Shown here: positions 11,803-24,554 of the stretch, one piece after another | Numbering within the stretch: position 1 is the stretch's first letter | Layout: the number at the start of each line of letters is the position of its first letter | Origin: Mustelus asterias | Taxonomy: Eukaryota | Length of the DNA stretch: 64,000 nt | Assembly: GCF_964213995.1 (NCBI RefSeq) | Contig: NC_135812.1 | Location: forward strand, 77,190,001 to 77,254,000 | Direction of reading: 5' to 3' | Translations under genes and position numbers: made by a program | The notes under the pieces: model-generated | What the model saw: only the letters and a program-made list of their open reading frames with translations | What the model was told of the DNA's origin: nothing | The model's database searches: none

Positions 11803-12528
11803 TGTTACTATGAGAACAATGGGGGCTGATATTGACACCTACTAGGAGCAAAGTGCAAAATATTCACACTTGAAAATAAAGGCAAGAGCAGCCATGGGGT
11901 CTCTGGGTAGAATTTTAGTCTCCTAAGCTTTTGGACTCAAAAGGAGAGAAATGTCTCAGAGTCAAAGGCTGTGCAGCGAGGAGAGAGAATAAGACTGCAT
12001 GTTGGCCAAGAGCTACCCATCAGAAATGCAGGAAAAAGGATGGTCTTTAGCCAAAGAAACACATCCCAAGGCAATCTAAGGAATCTGGATGATTCCTCCT
12101 AGGGTACAGGAAAGAATCACTGGAGTGGGCCTTATTGCTGATATTTGGTTTTGGAGTTTTCTGAAAACTAAGAAACTTGAGAGAAATGCTTTTTGAAGGT
12201 CATTCAATGTTATGATTTAGCAAAATGTGGAGAAGCGAACCCATTGAAAGCTGGGATTGATGTTGGTGTGGTTCCTGTAAAGACTGCAATTCTTTGGAGA
12301 GTGAACAGTGAAGTAAAACTGGCCTGGGGTTTTCGGTTGAGTTAAACAGTTAAAACTGGGATATCTTTGTAGTTTAGCGTAACAGTTGCTTAACAAGTAG
12401 TGTTTGGTGGGTGTTGCTTTTAGTTAGTTTGTAATAGTAAAAGTCTTAAAATTTGAAATCTTGTCACAGATTATTTTAAGTTGGTCACTGGGAATTCAAA
12501 AGTTCTCTGTTTTTACAGGGATTGTAGC
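11803..12528 (+). mobile_element. Possible solo LTR
   Basis: tgttact...gggattgtagca termini enclosing unique-looking sequence; no clear TSD. Confidence 0.35.
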
Positions 12529-12585
12529 ACATTTTACGGGGAAAGGCCGGGACAGTGACATTTGCTGAGTTGCTCTTGCAGAGAG

Positions 12586-14202
12586 CTGGCATGGACACAA
12601 CAAGCTGACTGGCGTCCTGTGCTGTAACCATTCCACAATTCTTGTTGCTTCATGTGCTATAAGTTACATATTTCAATGCTATTTGTAACATTGAGCAAAA
12701 TATACATTTAGTTACTTGTGATATTCCAATTCACCTGAAATTTTTCTGAATGAATATTTGACTCATTTGTTTATAGTTTATTTTAACTCTTATCAGGAAG
12801 AAAATACAACTGAAAGATCAATGGTTAAAAAAATGTTCACTTCATTCCAATACAGCAAACAGAAATGATTTCACTGAGAAGTCAGTAACGTCACGAGAGG
12901 AGTCAGAAAACTGAGCAGCAAAGAGACTCCTCATACAGTCTCATTATTTCTAAGGGCATCAAAATGGATTTGCACCTTCCTACAAGCTCCCAATTTTTAC
13001 ACGTGGGTTTAGCATTATATGATTATTGTTTCCTTGCTTGGCTCTCCTTGGAAGTGCCCTGCAATAAGGGACACAGTTTTTTAAAAATTTGATTTTATAA
13101 ACTACTAAATGCAGGATTGTTGCTGTTTCTGTCCAAACCCAAGGCAGGATTAGTGGATAGTTACAGAACTGGTTCTCCTGCAAGCTCCACTAGAATGAAT
13201 TACTGCCCTTGTTACAATGTCCATAGAGACATTTTAAAATGAGATGTGAATTTTCCTAGTGACTGACATCAGGGATCACACAGTGACATTTCTCATTTTA
13301 AGATTTTTACTGTAGCAAACACACAAAAATCAAAATGGACTAAACATTCCTTAGTCGGCAGCTAATACACTAAACTACAGAAAAGGAATTCACTAGTAAC
13401 TTCTTAACACAATCGCAAACTCCATGTTGCATTTATACATTACACTGAACTCTCTGCGTCCAAAGCTCTTCGCTCGAACAGGATCTCTTCTTGCATCACC
13501 AGGGTGAATCTTCCAGTGTCTTTTCCCTTCGCTCAACCCTATAGGATAACTAAATGAAGTTCCCATTACTTGGTACTCTCTGGTGATTCTGTGGTCTTTA
13601 ACGGGCGGCATGGTAGCACAGTGGTTAGCATGGCTGCTTCACAGCTCCAGGGTCCTGGGTTCGATTCCCGGCTTGGGTCACTGTCTGTGTGGAGTTTGCA
13701 CATTCTCCTCGTGTCTGCGTGGGTTTCCTCCGGGTGCTCCGGTTTCCTCCCACAGTCCAAAGATGTGCGGGTTAGGTTGATTGGCCATGCTAAAAATTGC
13801 CCCTTAATGTCCTAAGATACCCATTTTGATGCCCTTAGAAATAATGAGACTGTATGAGGAGTCTCTTTGCTGCTCAGTTTTCTGACTCCTCTCGTGACGT
13901 TACTGACTTCTCAGTGAAATCATTTCTGTTTGCTGTATTGGAATGAAGTGAACATTTTTTTAACCATTGATCTTTCAGTTGTATTTTCTTCCTGATAAGA
14001 GTTAAAATAAACTATAAACAAATGAGTCAAATATTCATTCAGAAAAAATTCAGGTGAATTGGAATATCACAAGTAACTAAATGTATATTTTGCTCAATGT
14101 AACAAATAGCATTGAAATATGTAACTTATAGCACATGAAGCAACAAGAATTGTGGAATGGTTACAGCACAGGACGCCAGTCAGCTTGTTGTGTCCATGCC
14201 AG
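12586..14202. repeat. 382-bp near-perfect inverted repeat: arms 12586-12967 and 13821-14202, 853-bp spacer
   Basis: Direct reading: the right arm is the reverse complement of the left; about 2 mismatches noticed. Confidence 0.97.
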
Positions 14203-14330
14203 TTTGGAGGGATTGGCGGGTAAATATGTAGGGATGGGGGAGTAGGGCCTGGGTGGAATTGTGGTCGGTGCAGACTCGATGGGCCAAATGGCCTCTTTCT
14301 GCACTGTAGGGTTTCTATGATTTCTATGAT
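13603..14330 (+). mobile_element. HE1-type tRNA-derived V-SINE, split by the 382-bp insertion
   Basis: A/B boxes (tagcacagtggttagc...ggttcgattcc), V-domain gggtttcctccgggtgctccggtttcctcccacagtccaaaga, CR1-like tail ending ttctatgatttctatg; interrupted at 13821-14202. Confidence 0.92.
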
Positions 14331-15597
14331 TAACTCTTTGCAATCCTCGTTTCCTTGGACATGACATCCCTTCTCATTGGCCCTCCAGTTGGTGGTTTCT
14401 TCAAGCCAGTTCTTTTCTTCTGCTTACCATAGCAGCACTGGTTGTGGGTCTTTCTCCCCAAAACTCTTGACTTGACTGCCACTGAGAGTTTGTCAATTTG
14501 GAAAGGATAAGGTCAACTGTCCCTTCCTTTGTGGCCAGATGTTAAAACTAGCAGCTTGTTGAGTAGGTTTCGACCGAGGCTCCTGTCCTGATGGCAATTA
14601 GGTCACGTGAGCTCAGCTTTTGTTGGAACTAGTATAAAGTCAAAATGGTTTGTCTCTGGGCAGAACTAGTAAGAGGTCCCACATAGCTCCTCTTCAACCC
14701 TACAACATACTTCAAATTACTCCATTTTACATTTCATTAAAGGATATAGTTTAAAATATAACCATTGGTTAGAACACCCTAACTGGGCTCTCTGTGGCAT
14801 TGCAAAGAGTATTGATTATAAATATCAAGGCCATTCCCCCTCTCTCAAACCAAATTTGTGATTGTTCGTTTGTACAATTTATGATGTTCTCTGCAAAGCT
14901 TTTTTCATGGTGATGGATCTTTTCATCTTTGACCATTATGTGTGTTAGCTGGACTAACTACAAATTCCTCTGTTTAGTTAATTCAGAATGCAAGCAGAGA
15001 GTGTTGAGGAAATGAGTCTAGTAAGGCTGAAGTAAGTTTTATTTATTAATTTTTATGGGATGTGTGTGTTGCTGGCTGGGCCCAGCATTTATTGCTCGTC
15101 CCTAATTGCCCTCCATTTCAGAGGGTATTTGAGAGTCAACCACATTGCTGTGGGTCTGGAGTAATATGTAGGCCAGATCAGGTAAGGACGCAGATTTCCT
15201 TCTCTGAAAGACATTAGTGAACCAGATGGGCTTTTTATGACAATCGACAATGGTCATCATTAGACTTTTGATTCCAGATTTTTTTTTAATGGTTTCAAAT
15301 TTCGCTATCTGTCATAATGGGATTTGAACCCGGGTACCCAGAGCATTACCCTGGATGTCTGGATTCTAGTCCACTGACAATACCACAACGCCATGACCTT
15401 CCTTGTTGTTGGGTTGGAATAGTGTGTGACTGTCCCTCTAACTTATGCTGTTTTTGACCTGGAAGTGCTAGATACTGTGTACTTATAGTGGGATGTATTT
15501 GTTTCCTCCACACAATCATTTTTCACTTGAGCAGAATGAAATGTACCAAAAAGAATCCAATATTTATTTTACTTTCATATTTGTTTCTATTTGAGGT

Positions 15598-16516
15598 ATG
15601 ATCACTTGTGGTGTGACGATGGAAGACGAGTCTGGTGACACAGACATAAATAACGATTCATTTGAGCTGCCCGTTTTCGGCTTTACTGGCCTTCGAAGCA
15701 AAGTCTGTGATGGCACAGTGGATTTCAAACACAGGTCTCCAGGACAGTCTGATTCAGTTGTCGTAGAGGGTTCAGACTCTGAACGCCATGACGCTCCGTT
15801 GGCCAAAACGAGACGTTCTCAGCGGATTCGCAGCCACTCTGTTAAATGCTTACCTAAGGAAATAGTAACAGTTGTGAGTAGTGAGAGTGATGGTGATGAT
15901 GATTTAATCATTCCTTTATCCGATAGACTGAGGGCAAAGCTAACTGGGAATCAAAATGTTGAGAAGCCTGACCACTCTCTTTCTAAATTTAGTCAAGAAA
16001 ATTCCAGACATAACTCTGTCTTTGGGACTTCAATTCCCAATAACCCTCAACTTAATCAAGTTGACCCTGAAATGAAGAAGACTGATGCTATGCTCAGTGA
16101 GAGCCAAGCCACAGAACCTACGTTCATTAGCCAAAGAGCTTTGCCTTCACGCTCTACATGGGACATTTCAGACTCAGATGATGGAGATGAAGTACTCATG
16201 TTGCAGCCAACAAAATCGCATGAGCCTGATTTAAATTCAGCTCAACTGTGTGTTAGGAATGTGCCACCCTCCAGGAAAGTGGCATCAGATTCATCCCACC
16301 CACAGAAAAAAGTTAAACGGAATGTAGCAGAAGTCGAAAAGACTCAACAGGCGGCACTGAGAAAATGTCAGGAACGAGAGCATCAGCGAGCAGAGAAGGA
16401 AAAAGTTCGTCAGCAACGGGAAGCGGAAAAAGCCATGAAGAAGGAGTTAGCTGACATTGAGAAGATGTTGAGACCGGGAGAATGCATCAAACACATGCTG
16501 GTCTCCATTGATCCAG
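15598..16516 (+). CDS. EME1: Crossover junction endonuclease EME1, first coding exon (start at 15598 or 15619)
   Basis: Open frame MITCGVTMEDESGD...DSFELPVF...IIPLSDRL...KMLRPGECIKHMLVSIDP; donor G|gtgagt; the RPxEC.KH...DP motif matches EME1. Confidence 0.93.
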
Positions 16517-17782
16517 GTGAGTGTTTAAAAAAAATAGTTTGGATCTCATGAGAAAGCATTGATAGTTGTTAAAACAGGGCTTAAATTAGCCTTTGTTACA
16601 AAGCCTATGCTGTTTAATAACAGCTCAAGTACATTTTTAAGTACTTGATGATAGGTTGGTTGTAGTGCAGAAGCTCATTCAGCCCATTGTTTCTGTACCA
16701 GTTCTGCAAGAGCAATTCAACTCCTACCACTCCCCACCTTTTCTTTGTATCCGAGCAAGTTTTCTTTTCTATAGGCCAATTCCCTTTTGAAAATCACAAT
16801 AGAATCTGCCTCCTCCACATTTTCAGGTAGTGCATTCCAGATCCTCATTACAAAAGTAAGTTTTTTCTCATGATACCATTGCTTCTTTTGCCAGCCACCT
16901 TTAAATTGGTGTCATCTGGTTCTCGATCTTTCTGCCATCAAGAACAGTTCCTCCTTATCTACTGTTGTCTGATTATTTTGCTAACCTTGTATCCATGTTT
17001 CCACCTCAGCTCAGCTTCTCATTGTGAGTTGGCTGCACAGTTCAATATTTTCCCTTCACCTCCTCTCCGGTTTCACTACTGGTGGCAGAGCCATAAAATC
17101 ATCAGCTCTCTGCATATGACATTCTTTTTCTAACCCTCGCAACTTATTTTAATCTCTGCTGACCTTCAAAAATGTCCATCTACAAGTGCTCCTTCAATCC
17201 CTGCCCCAAATTCTAACTGCTGCTCCAGGTGAATTTTATCTCATCCTCAGTGATGTTTATGTGCTTTGGGGTATTGCTATATAAATATAAATTGTTACAT
17301 TTAATGCTTTGCATGTGGTGTTGCTAATCGTCATGAACAGTGGATCCAATATAGATACTACTAAGTCCCTGAAGACTATTCCAGAATCCAGAGTTAGACA
17401 CGGACGCATTTTTATTTGGTTTTTCTTCCAATCTACCCCTCTGACCTAGTTGGTACCACACCTGCCTCTGGGATTTAAATTTAAAAGATTTAAATCCCAT
17501 CTATGACTCGCTAATGGCAGTGCTGCATTGTCTTGCTGTCCATCATTTGAGACATGGAATTGAGGACCATTTGCCTACTTCTGCATAACAACAGTCTCAC
17601 ACTGCTCCAAAAGTGATTTAGGAGAAGCCTCCTTTTAATTTAAATTTAACATTTTTGAAATGATCTTAGTGGTCACAGATGGGAGTGCAATACTCAGTAT
17701 GATATTTTCCCAAAATCTTGATAAAATCTGACTCTTGCTGTGGCACATGTGAACATGATGTTTTATCTGTTTCACTGCACAG

Positions 17783-17922
17783 GGCTGCTTCAGGTAGAAG
17801 GAGGTGGACAACTGCTCAGTACTCTACAGACCATGGAAGTTAGCTGTGTGATAGAAAATCAGACTATTCCCCACAGTGTGACCTGGAGGAGAAGACAGGC
17901 TTGCGTTGTAGGGCAGCAGATG
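17783..17922 (+). CDS. EME1: EME1 coding exon 2
   Basis: cag|GG..ATG|gtatgt; [38 protein letters not shown]; 140 nt. Confidence 0.95.
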
Positions 17923-18399
17923 GTATGTGATATTCATATGTCTTAACAGGATTGGAAAAGTTGTGGTAACGCATTATTTACACTCTAATGTAGTGGAGTT
18001 AAAAGTTCCTGTTAAAAATTGTAAAATATCACACTGAAAATTTTGTCTGCTGTCCATGAAGTCCTACATCGATCAAGATGTGGGGATGCTGCAATTGCCC
18101 ACATGTAATGGTGTGAGGAGAACCGTTCAGCTTGATTTCTGCTGCTAACTATGGTATCCAATGGCATGTGGAATATGGGAATTAGACAGAATCAGATTCA
18201 GTTATGATGGCGCAGTTTTACAATCACATTGCAGATCAGTTGTAACTTATGTCCAGTTGAACAGTGAATGAGAAACAGTCAGAACCCGTGGAGGCACACC
18301 CAAAACACAACTCGAAAGGAAACTTTTGCTCATGTGTCTCTGATCCTTTGGTAGTTTACTCTTCATTCTCTTGGTTTAAGTACTGCCTTAACGACATAG

Positions 18400-18630
18400 G
18401 AAATGGGAGCAGGAATGGGCCATTTGGCCCATCAAGCCAAACACACAGACTATGGCTGATCATCCACCTCTAAGCCATTTTTTCTTACTAACCCCATATC
18501 TCTTGATGTCATAAGTATCCAGCAATCTATGGATTGCTGTCTTGAACATGCTCAATGATTGAACTTCCACAGCATTCTGGGGTAGAGAATTCAAAAGGTT
18601 CACCACCCTCTGAATGAAGAAATCTTTCCT
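18400..18630 (-). mobile_element. CR1 3' fragment
   Basis: FFIQRVVNLLNSLPQNAVEVQSL peptide plus 3' UTR. Confidence 0.75.
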
Positions 18631-18679
18631 TATAATAGGTAGAATTCTTTTTGGCTTGATGGCAGCATCCTGTCTCACA

Positions 18680-19240
18680 ACTAAGTAATGTGGTATATGA
18701 ATTTCAGTGCCGATGAGATGCCAGATATGTAGACCATGTGTCCCAAAGACTGGCGGACCATATCAAACAGCACGTCCCTTTGGCTGTTCATAACAGGCAA
18801 AGTACAGGAGATACCCAACCAGCCGCTACTTGTAAAACTCAAAACATGATGTCCAACATTAGATGTGATTTCGTGATTGGACAACACTCGCTAAACAATT
18901 CTGATTGTGCTGAAGAATTGCACTGAAAACCATTTTAAAATGATTTGTTGGGCTAACAGTGTGGCTCTCTTAGGCACATTGGAAGCTACATAATACTCAC
19001 ACACGACCCAGTCCTTTGCAGACAAAAGGAGTACATCTATTCATTGCACTTTTTCAACTAAACAAAAGCTTGGACAATAGCCATTCTGTGGTTCATTCTC
19101 CATGGCAATGCCACTTGCCAACCAATTAGCACTCTTTTCTCATGCAGTATAAATTGTTGTTCCCTTTTACTACTGGTACTCCTAATAAAAAGTCCTGATG
19201 AGTACAAGATGAAAAGCTTCACCAACATGTATCTTTTTTT
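18680..19240 (+). mobile_element. Penelope-like element 3' part (GIY-YIG endonuclease remnant plus terminal region)
   Basis: VVYEFQC..ARYV..SQRLADHIKQHVP..IGQHSLNN resembles the PLE GIY-YIG domain; CTGATGA..GAAA core near 19195. Confidence 0.7.
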
Positions 19241-20181
19241 CAATAATACTCCCAAGTTCTGCACTGCGAACTGAATATTATCTAGATGTATGTAACTTCA
19301 CATTTAAATACTTTCAAGTGTATTGGGTCTACTTTCCCTGTAGATCCTGTTCTTCAATATCTCCAGATGTTGGGTTATTCAATTTTCTTTGCTTAAGACC
19401 CTGACTGTTGCGCAATATTGTAGCATTTGTAAACTGTAGAACTGCAATTTCCAAAGTGACATAAACAGAAGGTGGAGCCCAGCACACACCTCAGGGATCC
19501 CAATCATCATCAGGCCCTTTTTGGAAAGGTCCCAATTTAAGGTATCCTTGACCTCTGTTCTTTCAGTTAATGTGCAATCTGTCTTTCAGCATTCCCTTTT
19601 ACGCTGGCTCAAAATCCTGTGTGTTCATGTTTGTCTTGCAGAAATATCACCATCTGAAAAAAAACAAGTGTCCAACCTTGTTGGATCTCCCAGTCTAGTG
19701 GCCACCACCACTGCTCTCAAATGCTACCAAGACCCACATGGATATTCAGTGACCTGGGATTGCTTCCTGTCAATGAGCTTTTCTGTTCCTGTCCTACCCT
19801 CACTCCCATTTGGGCTCCTCTCTTCTCCATACAACTTTTTCTATTGATGTAACTCCAATTTTCGGAATATGAGATCTGGAGGGTTATTTGCTGCTCTATT
19901 TTCACCTCTTATAATCTTCAAGCTTTTAAAACCTCGATAAGTTTGTGCTTTACCTTGCTTTTTTTTTGCATCTGAACCTTGCTGATGTCTTGCCCTTTGG
20001 CTTCAACACTTTACTTTGGTTTCTCAATAATGAAGAATAAAAATCTCAGTTGAACATTTGAGATGTACTTACAGCCTGTGCAATGGTCATACAGGCTGGT
20101 TCAACACAACAGCCAGACTATTCCATTTTGTAACTTGTTTTTACACTTTGATAAAATATGTCCTGGAAATTATCTTAACAG

Positions 20182-20271
20182 AATGAAAAGACTGACTGGG
20201 TGGATGAGCTTCACGTTCTGATCTATATTCCACTGGAGGAGTTTGTTTCTATGGTTCACAACTACAAACAG
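20182..20271 (+). CDS. EME1: EME1 coding exon 3
   Basis: aacag|AAT..CAG|gtaaca; NEKTDWVDELHVLIYIPLEEFVSMVHNYKQ; 90 nt. Confidence 0.93.
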
Positions 20272-21446
20272 GTAACATTACACAATAATGTATCAATTTT
20301 CTTGTGTTTCAGCCCTCTGACATCTAGAATGGTCAAAGTCAGGCACTCGTTACTTTCCACAGTTAGATAGCTGATGGTTTTCTAGAATTCACTTTTTAAC
20401 ATTTAGAATCAGTTTTTTAATAATTTCTGTTTTAAACAGAAGCCCCAGAAATCAATTGTTTGCTTTATTTAAAATAGCGCAGGTTAGGTTTTGTCTTTTT
20501 CCACAGTTTCATCTGCGATTTCTGGCTAACAAGGCTGGCAGAAACTTTCCAGATGGCCCAGTGAGAATACAAGATCTTGAGTTTGATTCCTGCTCTCACT
20601 GATTTCAGTTAGAACCTCAGGGGAGAAATAAAATATCAGCTCTGGTACTCACTCCCGATCAATAAACAGTGGTTCCTGATAAAGAGCATCAAGTGAAGAT
20701 TGGGTTATACTGTGAAACCCTGTGTGGTTGAACAGCCCATTGGCACTTTCTGGTTAGGCTCATGTCTGAAGAGTGGCCAGTTGGGTGGCATGTCAGCAGC
20801 TGGCCTGTACTGGTAAAAGCATTACGTTCGCCTGTGTCATTGAAGAAAGAAGCCTCCTAACAGACAAGGTCACATTGATGTCTTGCAGCAACAAGATGTT
20901 TAAGTTTTCGTCCTCCTCTGTATTTGTTCTCTTTGATTCACTGAGGCCAGAAAAACAAAAAGAATTATTGAATTTTCCAAACACTATAGAAATCCCACAG
21001 TCTAATGTAATAGAAGTGGAACTTGAAGGGAGGAAATAGTAACCCTGTTGTACATTATAGGCAATGCTGTTAGATTCTGCTTTCAGCTAGAATACGTGCC
21101 ATAAAACACGATTAAAGTTCCTAGAATTCCTTATAAAGAAACAACATGATTAGTGCTTCCTGTTGGGAATCGAATAGCCTGGTGGTAAAGGATAGAACAC
21201 TGGAATCTAGTCTTTGTACAATTTGGATAAGGTGTTTAACCAAAATCCCAACTTCCCTCTGAAATGGACACAAAAGATCCTACAGTGCAATTTGACAATA
21301 ACAAGGAATATATCTCCGGCTAATATTTATCCATTGATTTGCAGTACAAAACATATTATTTGGTCATCATCACATTGTAGTTTGTGGGAGTGTTGTGCGC
21401 AAAAATTGGCTGTTACATTTCTGATATTACAATAGCGAGTACACTC

Positions 21447-22208
21447 TGTTGCCTGGTCTGTGTTGTGAAGTCCTTCTCTTGAGGCTGTGTATTGCTCAAA
21501 CTAATGCAAAGGCTCGTGAAACACAGTGTACTGATTTTAAGACGTTATTTTATTTAATCAAACGATCGAATGGGAGAGTGATATAAAAAAGCCCAGCACT
21601 CCAGATAGAGGATGTGGGCTGCCCGATATCATTCTGCTATACAATGCCCTCGCAAGGACAATTATTGGTTACAAAATCATTTCTCCCACCTTCCCGGTAG
21701 GCATAATCCAATAAACATTAATACAAATCAGTCAATAATCATCCTGTCATTAATTCCAGTCAATAACAATACACATCTTGATCTAATAGGAGGATTTCAT
21801 TTGTTACTAATTATGAACGTTATTTGCTTGGAGTTGCATAGCTCTATTCATAAAATAGATGAATAGCCATCTTGTTCCCGACCACTGCTGATTACATAAC
21901 TGCTTTCAGTGAAACCATTGTCCCTTGGAATGCAGGCACTGTCTATACCTCTCCCACCAAGCCCTGCTGTATTTTGTTATTGACTGAAGCTTAACAAAAT
22001 CCTAAATTAAACTTCATTCATTTCATAAATTCAAAATACATGTTTTTAAATGAAAAGTACTTGTTAATCATATGGTGATGTATTCTTTAGCAGCAGCCTT
22101 GTCAGTGTTCCCATAGTCCCAAGATCATCACTCTTAAGTCAGTATCATGTTAATGTTCCTAAACCTATGGTTATGTGTTTTATTAGCCTATTCTAGCCCT
22201 CTACATCA
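21447..22208 (-). mobile_element. Solo LTR (762 bp) with 5-bp TSD CACTC
   Basis: TGTTG...CATCA termini; cactc at 21442-21446 and 22209-22213; interrupts an older SINE-like remnant. Confidence 0.75.
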
Positions 22209-22516
22209 CACTCCAAAGGTACTTCATTGTTTGTACAGTGCTTTGGAATGTTCTGTGACCACGAAAGGTGCGTTATCTTCTTCTTGACCTTTTGTCTACA
22301 GAGGCACATCTTGTATATCATACACCTCTGACTACCAGCTGCACTTCGTACGTGCTCCTATACTATTATATAAAAATGTGTATGTAGATATAAGTATGTG
22401 CACATGTAAGTCCCCAATGAGTACCACCACCTGAATACAATTAAGCACCCATTTGATAACAATCCTGATTTTAACTTTAATTAAGCACACACACTTCCCT
22501 ATAATTTCTCACCCAG

Positions 22517-22638
22517 GAATTGCAAGGGGCTGCGACTGAAAACCAGATGACATTACAAGGTTTTGCTCTTGATATTCTCCAGAAAAGTGCTCGGAGAGTT
22601 CCATGTTTCGTTGTTGTGGGGTTGGAAAAATACTTCAG
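22517..22638 (+). CDS. EME1: EME1 coding exon 4
   Basis: ccag|GAA..AG|gtgagc; ELQGAATENQMTLQGFALDILQKSARRVPCFVVVGLEKYF; 122 nt. Confidence 0.93.
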
Positions 22639-23382
22639 GTGAGCACTGCAGTGAATCTTTTTTGAAGTGTTGTCTTAATGTTTATTTTACTGCCCTAAAG
22701 CAGCCATAGTGTTCTGCAGCTCAGTGCCATCTGCTCAAACTGAGGGGAATGGTTGTGTTTGTGAAGAGTAGATCCACAGTTATTGTGGCTAGTGCGGATT
22801 GAAGTATGATTAAAAAGTAACCCAGTTTTTAAGAAAGTGCTGCCCACTCTGAAGTTAATTCCATGAAATCAGGTACTTCTTACTGGCCCACTATCAGTGG
22901 CTAACTTCAAAAGCAGTCCATGCGAGCTTCTCTGCACTGCAGCACAGGAACTGTTGTAATACCAAAACCCATCAAATACTGTGGGAGTGTGCACTCGAGG
23001 CACGGCCAGTAGCTGGAATCAATCCCAGAGCTGTTCACGACCCCAGGAACCCACACGTTTGTTACCATGTATATTATGAGTAAAATGCACTGTGTTGTAA
23101 TCCAGTAACAATTGTATTAGAAAAAGGAAGGCAAGCCAAGAAAATGACCTGCACTCCCCTGTGTTTAAATATATAGTATGGTTCTGTGCCTAGGAGTTCA
23201 CTTAGACCAACTATTTTGTAACACACACACTAGATTTTGGTTGATTTCAGCTGAGCCAGCAACTGTGACCTGACTGTTGGTCTCAGCATCGCTGGGCTAG
23301 AAAGGAGCAAAACTACTGATCACTATTCAGTTACCTCTGCTGGGAATTATACATGTCTTGATGCTTGGTCTTATACTACAGG

Positions 23383-23444
23383 ATTTAGTTGTGACATCAT
23401 TGAAGATCAAATAATTTAGTTGTGACATCATTGAAGATCAAATA
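23383..23444. repeat. Exact 31-bp tandem duplication
   Basis: atttagttgtgacatcattgaagatcaaata x2. Confidence 0.9.
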
Positions 23445-23545
23445 ATTTGCTGATAATTACTGGAATTGGATGAGATATAGACTTTAGCTGGAGCAGGAGA
23501 AATGGAAAGTAAAAATTAATGTCATTTTTTGGTTTGTTTCTGCAG

Positions 23546-23663
23546 GCCACAGAAGAAGCACAGGTCACAGCAGACAAAGTGCAGTGAAGAACAAGCAAAG
23601 CAAAGAAAGGCAAAAGGCTATAATCAGCATGTGCCTCTGATATCACGAGCGGATGTAGAATTA
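23546..23663 (+). CDS. EME1: EME1 coding exon 5
   Basis: tgcag|G..TTA|gtgagt; RPQKKHRSQQ...ISRADVEL; 118 nt. Confidence 0.92.
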
Positions 23664-24099
23664 GTGAGTTTTCACTGGCTTCAGAGACACGGTGCAACTT
23701 TGATTTCACAGGCGGAACTCAGTAGAGGTTACACAAAACTATATTGTTAGGAAGCAAAAAACTGGCTGTTAAAAGACTGAAACTGTAAATTCAGCAAACA
23801 ATCGTAGGCCAGGCAGCATCTGTGAGGAGCATAGGGGAGTTAGCACTAGGTATGTGCTCTTCATCTCTACACAGATACTACCTAAGCTGCTTTATGTTTC
23901 TGGTGTCTTATGTTTTCCTGTGATCTTCCAGTTTTATTTTGATATTTATTTCCCTTCAGCACCTTACTAGTGATGGGAAGTTTGGCATGGAAGTATTTGA
24001 CCACGGAGTACACCTTTGCTGAGTCTGGTTCTGTCCTTGAGATGCTTTATGTTAAATCTGTTGTATAATGTAGGTTATTGCTGGCCTCACAGGCACATT

Positions 24100-24360
24100 T
24101 CATAGAATCATAGAATCCCTACAGTGCAGAAGGAGGCCATTCGGCCCATCGAGTCTGCACCGACCACAATCCCACCCAGGCCCTACCCCCACATATTTTA
24201 CCCGCTAATCCCTCTAACCTACGCATCTCAGGACTCTAAGGGGCAATTTTTAACCTGGCCAATCAACCTAACCTGCACATCTTTGGACTGTGGGAGGAAA
24301 CCGGAGCACCCGGAGGAAACCCACGCAGACACGAGGAGAATGTGCAAACTCCACACAGAC
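24100..24360 (-). mobile_element. HE1-type V-SINE, 5'-truncated
   Basis: V-domain plus CR1-like tail; used here as the uninterrupted reference for the split copy at 13603. Confidence 0.9.
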
Positions 24361-24554
24361 ATGAGTAGGGATAGTGAGAGGACAGATTATTCGTTTCACT
24401 GACTCTAGCCTAGCAATGCTGATACCATTTGTAGTATCCCTGCTTGCTGAGATTAGCTAGCTCACTAGAGATCAAGGAACAGCAGTTTTAAAAAAAACAG
24501 TTAGACCATTGGATTTCTTTCCAGTGACCACTTTGGACAGTACACATATATTTC

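Noticed and set aside
13603-13675. tRNA genes at SINE heads
   Set aside because: tRNA-like A/B boxes run straight into SINE bodies with no proper acceptor stem or terminator.
13566-13815. Recurrent short ORFs such as [15 protein letters not shown] / SLSVWSLHIL (also near 24124, 39052, 53323, 55217, 57251, 58325, 59792)
   Set aside because: Translations of the V-SINE body, not genes.
12586-14202. DNA transposon or MITE with 382-bp TIRs
   Set aside because: No TSD around the pair; the right arm splits a SINE while the left arm begins inside an older CR1-like tail, which fits local templated copying.
14340-14860. Possible ERV LTR with polypurine tract (gagagagggggaa on minus near 14835)
   Set aside because: Could not define both termini or a TSD; too weak to call.
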